Of a stretch of 64,000 bases of DNA, positions 29,028 through 36,478 are shown piece after piece (position 1 is the stretch's first letter; every line of letters starts with the position of its first letter). The position numbers were made by a program, and so were the translations under genes. Under the pieces are notes generated by a model, which saw nothing but the letters and a program-made list of their open reading frames with translations, did not search any database and had not been told where the DNA came from. Location of the stretch: assembly GCA_013824085.1 (NCBI GenBank), contig PNNF01000011.1, forward strand, positions 1,301-65,300. The letters run 5' to 3'. This DNA is from Chlorobiaceae bacterium. Lineage in GTDB: Bacteria > Bacteroidota > Ignavibacteria > Ignavibacteriales > Ignavibacteriaceae.

Positions 29028-29938
29028 TAAATAAATGTTCAAATTGTAATCAGCCGTTAGATTCAAATTTTAAGTTTTGTCCAAATTGTGCAGCACCAAT
29101 TCCTGCAGAAGAAAAAAATGAAGAAATAAAAATTGAGCACTCTGAAACAGAACTGGAAATTGAAATTGTTGATTGTCCAACCTGTGGAACTGAAAATGAA
29201 GTATCAGCAGAGTTTTGTTCGGCGTGCGGAATAAAATTTTTTGGTGTTCCCAAAAAAGTTTTAAGAGGGAAAGAAATTGAAGACTCTAAATTTGCGAGAC
29301 AGATAGCACAGCAAAAATACTTAAAACAAAATAATGCGAAAGTAGAGAATCAACCTGATGAGGAAAAATCTTTTATCGAAACACTAACGCCTAAGAAAAT
29401 TTTAGGATTATTTGGTGTTACATTGTTAATTGGTTTTTTGGTTTTATTAGTTTCTGGAGTTTTTGATTCGCCAATGGATGAGCTTCCTGCGCAAGGACAA
29501 ATGGGAAATCAAGGCAATGTTCATAAGCATACTGAAAATCTTCCGATGATAAATGCGTTAAAAGATTCCTTAAAAAATAATCCAAATAATAAAGAACTTA
29601 TACTTGATTTAGCTAACTTGCTTAATCATTCTGGATTTTATGCAGAGTCTTTAGAAAATTATAAGAGATATCAAAAATTTGATCCGAACAATCCCGACGT
29701 CTTAGTAGATATGGGAATTTGTTATTTTGAATTACAAAATTTTTCTGCAGCAGATTCGTTGATGAAGTTGGCGATAAAAATTAATCCTGCACATCAGACA
29801 GGATATTTTAATTTAGGGATTGTAAATCTATCACAAGGGAGAATTGATGTTGCGATGGAATGGATGCAAAAAGCGGTCGCAATAGATTCCAGCTCAGAAG
29901 TTGGAAAAAGAGCAAAACATATTTTAGAAACACATTAA
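29024..29938 (+). CDS. double zinc-ribbon / TM / TPR-repeat protein
   Basis: ATGA overlap with the HU-family stop. Two zinc ribbons (CSNCNQ...CPNC and CPTCGT...CSACG), one TM segment (ILGLFGVTLLIGFLVLLVSGVF), then TPR-like repeats. Confidence 0.7.
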   Translation: MINKCSNCNQPLDSNFKFCPNCAAPIPAEEKNEEIKIEHSETELEIEIVDCPTCGTENEVSAEFCSACGIKFFGVPKKVLRGKEIEDSKFARQIAQQKYLKQNNAKVENQPDEEKSFIETLTPKKILGLFGVTLLIGFLVLLVSGVFDSPMDELPAQGQMGNQGNVHKHTENLPMINALKDSLKNNPNNKELILDLANLLNHSGFYAESLENYKRYQKFDPNNPDVLVDMGICYFELQNFSAADSLMKLAIKINPAHQTGYFNLGIVNLSQGRIDVAMEWMQKAVAIDSSSEVGKRAKHILETH

Positions 29939-29947
29939 GGAGCAACG

Positions 29948-30043
29948 ATGCCTAGCGGTAAAAAGAGAAAACGTCATAAAATGGCTACTCATAAAAGAAA
30001 AAAAAGATTGAGAAAAAATCGTCATAAAAAACGTAATCGGTAG
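29948..30043 (+). CDS. 31-aa highly basic protein, AURKAIP1/COX24 (bS22/mS38-like) family
   Basis: My own translation gives MPSGKKRKRHKMATHKRKKRLRKNRHKKRNR*. The ATG is 7 nt after AAGGAG and 9 nt after the previous stop. It is too short for the supplied ORF track. The sequence is near-identical in style to the small basic proteins RefSeq labels as AURKAIP1/COX24 domain-containing in the FCB group (memory). Confidence 0.7.
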   Translation: MPSGKKRKRHKMATHKRKKRLRKNRHKKRNR

Positions 30044-30049
30044 TTAAAA

Positions 30050-30122
30050 GCCACCGTAGCTTAGTTGGTAGAGCAGCTGATTCGTAATCAGCAGGTCGGC
30101 GGTTCAAGTCCGCCTGGTGGCT
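30050..30122 (+). tRNA. tRNA-Thr (anticodon CGT)
   Basis: Hand-folded cloverleaf. Acceptor GCCACCG/TGGTGGC, D-arm AGCTTAGTTGGTAGAGC, anticodon stem GCTGA/TCAGC with loop TT-CGT-AA, T-arm GGCGG-TTCAAGT-CCGCC, discriminator T. No CCA is encoded. Confidence 0.9.
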
Positions 30123-30218
30123 CGATTTATCTAATTTTAAACTACCCGTGAATCAAACTCATAATTTTTCTGAAATAAAATTTTTTATCTTCAAAAATAA
30201 ACTTCAATAAAACGAAAA

Positions 30219-31499
30219 TTATTTCTTTAATTCAAATCCTTCTGAACGTGCAATGTATGCAGCGCAAGTTACATCGCCTGTAACATTCAGAACTGTTCTA
30301 CACATATCGAGTAATCTATCGACACCGAGAATGATCGCAATCCCTTCTGCAGGGACACCAATCATAACTAAGATGATTACTAAAAGTGGAATAGAACCCG
30401 AAGGAACACCAGCCGCACCAATTGCAGTTACAACGCTCATTATGACTACAATTAATTGTGCAGTGAGAGAAAGCTCAACACCAAAAACTTGTGCCAAAAA
30501 TAATACAGTTACACCTTCAAATAATGCTGTCCCATTCATATTCATCGTTGCACCAAGCGGTAAAACAAAACCAGTAATTTGGGAAGGCACTCCAAGATTT
30601 GTTTGAGTGACCGAAATTGTTGTTGGTAATGTAGCACTGCTTGAACTCGTAGAAAAAGCAGTGAGCATAATAGTTTTTATATTTTTAAAAAATAATATCG
30701 GATTATATTTTGCTAAAAATTTTATTAGCAAAGAAAAGACTCCAAATAAGTGCAATGTTAGTCCAAGAATAACAGTCAGAACATACATACTAAGTGCAAC
30801 TAAAAGTTCAAAACCAAAACGAGATGTGACACCAAATATTAATGCGAAAACTCCATATGGTGCTAACTTCATTGCGATATTTATTATCACAACCGTCACG
30901 TCACTAATTCCCTCCAAAATATTAAGCAGCGGTTTTGCTTTCTCCTTGTTGATTAACGAAATAGCAATTCCAACCATCAGCGAAAAAAAGATTAATGCGA
31001 GCATATCGGGATTTGGCTTTGCAATAGCATTTACAATGTTGCGAGGAACAATATTCACAAGTGTTTGAATACCAAATTCTGTTTTTTCTGTTTTCGCTGT
31101 TATTTCAGCAGCTTCACTTTTGTATGATTGAAGTAATTGAATTTTGGTTTCTTCTTTAAGATAATCACCGGGTCTAATTAGATTTACCAAAACCATTCCA
31201 ATCGTAACTGCAAAAGTTGTAACCAAGAAAAAATAACTTATCGTCTTAAAACCGATTCGCCCAAGTTTTTTTAGATCACCAATTTGCGCAACACCAAGAG
31301 CAAGACTTGCAAACACAAGTGGAATTACCATCATGATAAGAAGGTTCAAAAATATTTTTCCAAAAGGATCTGAAATATATTTCTGAAATAATAACAAATA
31401 TGTTGCTGTAGGGAAATAGAAGTTAGCAATAACTCCAAGTGTGGCACCAAGAATAAGCCCAATAAAAATTTTTATATGAAGTGATAATTTCTTTTTCAT
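30219..31499 (-). CDS. dicarboxylate/amino acid:cation symporter (DAACS/GltP family)
   Basis: 426 aa polytopic protein with FSTSSSSATLP, NMNGTAL and GVDRLLDMCRTVLNVTGD, the hallmark motifs of glutamate/dicarboxylate symporters. Confidence 0.9.
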   Translation of the reverse strand: MKKKLSLHIKIFIGLILGATLGVIANFYFPTATYLLLFQKYISDPFGKIFLNLLIMMVIPLVFASLALGVAQIGDLKKLGRIGFKTISYFFLVTTFAVTIGMVLVNLIRPGDYLKEETKIQLLQSYKSEAAEITAKTEKTEFGIQTLVNIVPRNIVNAIAKPNPDMLALIFFSLMVGIAISLINKEKAKPLLNILEGISDVTVVIINIAMKLAPYGVFALIFGVTSRFGFELLVALSMYVLTVILGLTLHLFGVFSLLIKFLAKYNPILFFKNIKTIMLTAFSTSSSSATLPTTISVTQTNLGVPSQITGFVLPLGATMNMNGTALFEGVTVLFLAQVFGVELSLTAQLIVVIMSVVTAIGAAGVPSGSIPLLVIILVMIGVPAEGIAIILGVDRLLDMCRTVLNVTGDVTCAAYIARSEGFELKK

Positions 31500-32023
31500 A
31501 ATTGCTTCTGATTATTTAGTAAAAAAAAGAAAAATAAATTTATGCGAAAGTCTTCTCCAATATTGAAGAAACTTTCCCTTTATAAAAATAATTTTTACAA
31601 AAAATTTGTATTCAAACTTTAAATAAAAATTATCTACAATATGTTTCAATAAATTAATTGAATCAGAATCAACTACAAAACATTTTATCTAAAACTTGTA
31701 AGGTGATTTAATTCGACAAGTAAATTTTAAAAGAAAACTTAGCTTGTGCGATTTAATGGAATCCGACTCGGACAAGAGCGAAATCAATTATACTTTACAT
31801 TCATGTCTTTTTTTTACAAATTAATGATTAGAATAAAAATATTATTTAAACGAGACCACCGAATTATTTTTTATTCAGCAGAGCATTGTGAAACATAATG
31901 ATAATAAAGGGTCTGCAACACTTCCTTCAAAAGATTTCGGAACAAGTGTAACGTTTAAGGAAATATTCAAAAATTGCAAAAGATTAAAATTGATACTTTG
32001 GAAAAAAAATAAGTGAGGATGAG

Positions 32024-33175
32024 TTGAAAGCAATAACATATTATGATACACCTGAACGAAGTGATTATGAAGTAATTCTCAGGACAAAAAAATTATTAAT
32101 TGATGATTTTGAAATCTCCCAGATATTGGAATGCTTTCCTGAGCTAGCAGTCGTGCTAAATGAAAATCGTGAAATTGTTGCATTCAATAAAAAGGCACTC
32201 GTTTTATTTAAAAATTTTACGGAAGATGAGATTTATGGAAAGCGAGTTGGAGAAGCATTAGGATGTATTCATGCTAATGATGAAGAAGCAGGTTGTGGAA
32301 CGTCAATATTTTGTAGAGAATGTGGTGCAGCCAAATCTATTAGAACAACTCGTATTGAAAATATTTCCGAAGAAATGGAATGCAGGATAACTGCTTTAAA
32401 TATTTCGAAAGAGTTTTCGCTTGATCTAAGAGTAACAACATCCAATATTTATTTAGATGGATTAAGATTTATCATTTTTGCAATCAAAGATATTTCTGAA
32501 GAGAAAAGAAGATTAGCACTTGAAAAAATATTTTTTCATGATGTACTTAATACCGCAGGGGCAATTCATGGGATTTCGTCAATACTTCAAGAAACAGATA
32601 GTGAAACAACAATTAAAGAATTTTCTTCACTCTTAGAAAATTCGGCGCAACAATTAGTGAACGAAATTCAGATGCAGAGAGATTTAAGAAATGCTGAAAA
32701 TGGAATTTTATTTGTTGACATACGCACTAGATCTGTTAATATGATTCTTTCCGATGTCCATTCGCAATATCAAAATCATTCTATTACTAAGGGAAAATTA
32801 ATTGATGTAAAACTTTTAGATCCAGATATTGAAATTCAAACTGATATGACTCTGATAAAAAGATGTCTTGGAAATTTATTGAAGAATGCGATTGAAGCAA
32901 CAGAATCTAAAGTGATGCCAATTGAAATTTTTGCAGTTGAGACAACCGACAAAATATTATTTAATGTTAAAAACCAAACAGTTATTCCTGAAGAAGTTCA
33001 GCGGCATATTTTTTATAGATCTTTTTCAACTAAAGAAAAATCGGGAAGAGGAATTGGAACGTATAGCGTAAAGCTTTTAGCCGAGTCTTACCTCAAAGGA
33101 AAAGTCTATTTCGTTTCTACTGAAGAGACGAAAACTATTTTCACAATTGCTTTGCCGAAAAAATTTAGAGTGTAA
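32024..33175 (+). CDS. soluble sensor histidine kinase with Cys-rich N-terminal sensor domain
   Basis: H-box FFHDVLNTAG. N-box LLKNAIEAT. G-boxes (STKEKSGRGIGTYSVKLL). No TM segment. The N-terminal PAS-like region contains CIH-x7-GCG-x4-CRECG. TTG start as listed; a downstream start is possible. Confidence 0.8.
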   Translation: MKAITYYDTPERSDYEVILRTKKLLIDDFEISQILECFPELAVVLNENREIVAFNKKALVLFKNFTEDEIYGKRVGEALGCIHANDEEAGCGTSIFCRECGAAKSIRTTRIENISEEMECRITALNISKEFSLDLRVTTSNIYLDGLRFIIFAIKDISEEKRRLALEKIFFHDVLNTAGAIHGISSILQETDSETTIKEFSSLLENSAQQLVNEIQMQRDLRNAENGILFVDIRTRSVNMILSDVHSQYQNHSITKGKLIDVKLLDPDIEIQTDMTLIKRCLGNLLKNAIEATESKVMPIEIFAVETTDKILFNVKNQTVIPEEVQRHIFYRSFSTKEKSGRGIGTYSVKLLAESYLKGKVYFVSTEETKTIFTIALPKKFRV

Positions 33176-33217
33176 AATTGGTAAAATTATTTTTCGTTGG
33201 GTTCTAAATAAATCAGA

Positions 33218-34426
33218 ATGAAATTCCATAAAAATTTATTTAGTGCAGTTATTATTTCTTTACAAAATATTTTTGAAAAAAAATATTTCGCAGATAAAGT
33301 AATAGAATATTTATTTAAAGAAAATAAAAAATGGGGAAGCAGAGATCGGAAATTTGTAGCAGAAACAATTTATGAAATAGTTAGATACTTCCGTCTTTAC
33401 TCAGAGATAGATTTTAAAATTACAAATTCAGAAAAAATTAATTATTGGCATCTGCTCGGAATTCATTTTATACTTAAGCAAAGCCCGCTTCCTGATTGGG
33501 ATGAATTTAATAAGTTAAAAATTAATGAGATAAAAAATCAATTCGAACAACTCAGGAATGTAAGAAAATTTAGAGAGTCGATTCCAGATTGGCTTGATTC
33601 TGTTGGCGAAAATGAGTTATCAGAAAATTGGGATTCAGAAATTCACGCATTAAATATTCCCGCAAAACTTTGCATCAGAGTGAATAGATTAAAAATTCCA
33701 AAAGAACGATTACAAATTTTATTTAAAGAAATTGGGATTGAGGCGCAACTAACAAGTTTTGCAAATGACGCTCTTATAATTTCTGAACGCCAAAATCTAT
33801 TCAAGACAGAATTATTTAAGAAAGGATTTTTTGAAGTTCAAGATGTTTCATCTCAAAAAGTAGCAGAGATGATGCAAGTAGAGCCGGGGATGAGAGTGAT
33901 TGATGCCTGTGCGGGTGGCGGTGGAAAGTCATTGCACATCGCTTCATTGATGGAGAATAAAGGAAAAATAATTTCACTCGATACAGAAGAACGAAAACTT
34001 ATTGAGTTGAAAAAAAGAGCATCTCGAAACGGAGTAAATATTATTGAAACGAGATTAATCGATTCAAATAAAATTATTAAACGTCTCCACGAATCTGCAG
34101 ATAGATTATTGCTAGATGTGCCTTGCTCAGGTTTAGGAGTATTGAAAAGAAATCCTGATGCAAAATGGAAATTAAGTTTTGAGAAAATAGAAGTTGTAAA
34201 AAATTTGCAGATGAAGATTTTGACTGAATACACATCGATGTTAAAGAAAGATGGAATTTTAATTTACTCAACTTGTTCTATTCTTCCTTCAGAAAATGAA
34301 TTGCAAATAAAAAAATTTTTATCATTGACGAATAATTTTATGATCATTGATGAAATAAAAATATCTCCCGCTGAAACTGGGTTCGATGGCTTCTACATTT
34401 GTAAACTAAAAAAAATAATTAGTTAG
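33218..34426 (+). CDS. RsmB/NOP2/Sun-family RNA m5C methyltransferase
   Basis: NusB-like N-terminus. SAM motif VIDACAGGGGKS. Catalytic LLDVPCSGLGVLKRNPD and YSTCSILPSENE. Confidence 0.85.
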   Translation: MKFHKNLFSAVIISLQNIFEKKYFADKVIEYLFKENKKWGSRDRKFVAETIYEIVRYFRLYSEIDFKITNSEKINYWHLLGIHFILKQSPLPDWDEFNKLKINEIKNQFEQLRNVRKFRESIPDWLDSVGENELSENWDSEIHALNIPAKLCIRVNRLKIPKERLQILFKEIGIEAQLTSFANDALIISERQNLFKTELFKKGFFEVQDVSSQKVAEMMQVEPGMRVIDACAGGGGKSLHIASLMENKGKIISLDTEERKLIELKKRASRNGVNIIETRLIDSNKIIKRLHESADRLLLDVPCSGLGVLKRNPDAKWKLSFEKIEVVKNLQMKILTEYTSMLKKDGILIYSTCSILPSENELQIKKFLSLTNNFMIIDEIKISPAETGFDGFYICKLKKIIS

Positions 34427-34534
34427 TAAAAAATTGTAACTAAAATAATTTTCTCTTCATTCGATAATCAATTGAGCACAAAATCTTTTTTAGCGCAAAT
34501 TATGTTTGCACATGTCTTTTTCCCTACCAAAAAA

Positions 34535-34564
34535 AGTCCACTTCCTAAGTGGACTTCCTTTTTT
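34535..34564 (+). terminator. rho-independent terminator after the RsmB-like gene
   Basis: AGTCCACTT-CCT-AAGTGGACT perfect 9-bp stem followed by TCCTTTTTT. Confidence 0.8.
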
Positions 34565-34748
34565 ATCGCTAACACAATATGAAATAAGAAGTTATTGAAT
34601 TAAAATAGTAACAACTTTAATCAATCGGCTGTAATCCATTTAATAACAGATGGTTAGACTGCAAGTTCCCAAATTTTCTACAAAAAAGTAAATAATAAAT
34701 AAAAAATAACTTGACTTTTTAGGAAAAATTGCATTATTTTGGAAGTCA

Positions 34749-34774
34749 GTGGGGAAAAGTGGTGTAAAATGGAA
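34749..34774 (+). promoter_or_regulatory. candidate MraZ operator: three GTGG-type boxes with a 10-nt period
   Basis: GTGGGGaaaaGTGGTGtaaaATGGAA lies 18-43 nt upstream of the mraZ start. MraZ is known to bind phased direct repeats of TGGG/GTGG in its own promoter. A possible -35 TTGACT is at 34711..34716. Confidence 0.55.
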
Positions 34775-34791
34775 AATATAAGGATACTAAA

Positions 34792-35229
34792 TTGTTTAAA
34801 GGTCAGTATTTACATTCGGTTGATTCAAAAGGAAGAGTAAGCATTCCAGCTAAACTCAAAAAATATTTTTCGCCCGAAGCGAATAATATTGTAATAATGA
34901 TAAAGGGAATAGATAAATGTATTTCTGTTTATCCGAAAAATGAATGGCAAATTATTGAAGAGCAATTGATGAAGTTAAATCAATTCGATTCAAAAGACCA
35001 AAGATTTAAAAGATCGTTTTTACAAAGTGCTTCTGAAGATGAACTCGATGTTCAATCAAGAATTTTAATTCCTCACCATCTGCTCAACTATGCACAAATA
35101 AAGGATGAAGTCCTGATTTTGGGAACACTAAAAAATATTGAATTCTGGAATCCAAAACTGTATGAAGAATACATAAATAGTTCTGAACAAACATTTGAAC
35201 AAATCGCTGAAGAAGTGATGAAAAGGTAG
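34792..35229 (+). CDS. mraZ: division/cell wall cluster transcriptional regulator MraZ
   Basis: MFKGQYLHSVDSKGRVSIPAKL plus a second SpoVT/AbrB-like repeat (LDVQSRILIPHHL). TTG start behind AAGGA. Confidence 0.93.
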   Translation: MFKGQYLHSVDSKGRVSIPAKLKKYFSPEANNIVIMIKGIDKCISVYPKNEWQIIEEQLMKLNQFDSKDQRFKRSFLQSASEDELDVQSRILIPHHLLNYAQIKDEVLILGTLKNIEFWNPKLYEEYINSSEQTFEQIAEEVMKR

Positions 35230-35231
35230 AT

Positions 35232-36149
35232 ATGATTCATACGCCGGTATTGTTGAAAGAGTCGATTGATTATTTAATAACTGACAAGTCCGGTGTTTAT
35301 GCGGATGGAACGATTGGGTTTGGTGGACACGCTGAAAAGTTCTTAGAAATATTGAATGACGATGCTACACTCATCGGGTGCGATGTTGATAAAACTGCTT
35401 TTGATTTTTGCAAAAATAAATTTCAGAATGACAAACGAGTTCGACTATACAATTATAATTTTGATAAAATTGATTTTGTTCTGAAAGTTGAAGGAGAAAA
35501 AAAACTTACTGGCGCTTTCGCTGATCTTGGTGTCTCTTCATTTCAGCTTGATAATAAAGAGGTCGGCTTCACTTTCAGAGAGGATGCTCCGCTTGATTTA
35601 CGTATGGACAAAACAAAGCCAATAAATGCTGCTGATGTTTTGAACAGTTTTGAAGAAGAAGATTTAGTAAAAATATTCTATGACTTTGGTGAAGAATTTA
35701 ATTCAAAAAAAATTGCAAAAAGAATTGTTGAGAAAAGAGGAACGAAAAAATTTACTTCAACAAAAGATTTGTATCAAGTAATTGAAGAGTTAACTCCGCC
35801 AAATTTTTTGCGGAAATCACTCTCACGTGTTTTTCAAGCGCTCAGAATTTATGTGAACAATGAACTTGATGTGCTAAAAACTTTTTTAAATAATGCAACA
35901 GACGTGCTTGATACGGGTGGAAGAATTGTCATTATTTCTTATCACTCTTTAGAAGATAGAATTGTAAAAGATTTTTTTAAGTATCAAAGTCTTGAGTGTG
36001 TTTGTCCAAGTGAATTTCCAATTTGTGTTTGTGATAAAGAGCGTCGGTTAAAAATTATTACAAAAAGAATTGTAACACCTTCAGACGAAGAAGTAAAAAT
36101 CAACTATAGAGCGAGAAGTGCAAAAATGCGAGTCGCAGAAAAATTATGA
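35232..36149 (+). CDS. rsmH: 16S rRNA (cytosine1402-N4)-methyltransferase
   Basis: HTPVLLKESIDYL...DGTIGFGGHA...DLGVSSFQLD...ISYHSLEDRIVK is the canonical RsmH/MraW pattern. Confidence 0.95.
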   Translation: MIHTPVLLKESIDYLITDKSGVYADGTIGFGGHAEKFLEILNDDATLIGCDVDKTAFDFCKNKFQNDKRVRLYNYNFDKIDFVLKVEGEKKLTGAFADLGVSSFQLDNKEVGFTFREDAPLDLRMDKTKPINAADVLNSFEEEDLVKIFYDFGEEFNSKKIAKRIVEKRGTKKFTSTKDLYQVIEELTPPNFLRKSLSRVFQALRIYVNNELDVLKTFLNNATDVLDTGGRIVIISYHSLEDRIVKDFFKYQSLECVCPSEFPICVCDKERRLKIITKRIVTPSDEEVKINYRARSAKMRVAEKL

Positions 36150-36478
36150 AGAAAGGTTATACTCCAACAATTCTAACTTTTCTTTCTTTCTCAATATTAA
36201 TAGTAGTGATGCTTCTGAGTTATGTTGGTTTAAAATTGGAAATGGATGCGCTAAAAAAAAAACAAGTAATTATTAACGAAAAAATAATTGAATCAAATAA
36301 TATGCAAATGAGTCTGATAGCGAAATCTCAAGAGCTTACATCTTTTGAAAGAATCAAATCAATCGCACAAGCTGAATTGGGCATGGTGGTCGATAATTCT
36401 GCTATCAGAGAAATTTTTATTTCCCAAATCGAAATCGACAGAGTGAAAGAATTGCTGAAGGAGAAATATGAGTATTAA
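36146..36478 (+). CDS. ftsL: cell division protein FtsL-like
   Basis: 110 aa with a single TM segment and a coiled coil. The SFERIKSIAQAELGM motif is common in FCB-group FtsL. It occupies the position between rsmH and ftsI and has an ATGA overlap with rsmH. Confidence 0.75.
   Translation: MKKGYTPTILTFLSFSILIVVMLLSYVGLKLEMDALKKKQVIINEKIIESNNMQMSLIAKSQELTSFERIKSIAQAELGMVVDNSAIREIFISQIEIDRVKELLKEKYEY

Noticed and set aside
30123-30218. Genomic island or integration site downstream of tRNA-Thr
   Set aside because: Only about 95 nt separate the tRNA from the next core gene. There is no integrase and no direct repeat of the tRNA 3' end.
30253-31068. Plus-strand ORFs 30253..30606 and 30607..31068 opposite the DAACS symporter
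   Set aside because: These are antisense shadows of a clearly recognisable 426-aa transporter gene, with no motifs or start context of their own.
34531-34545. AAAAAGTCCAC resembling the RNase P RNA P4 GGAAAGTCC element in the ORF-free region upstream of mraZ
   Set aside because: It is simply the 5' arm of a perfect terminator hairpin. None of the other RNase P conserved regions are present.
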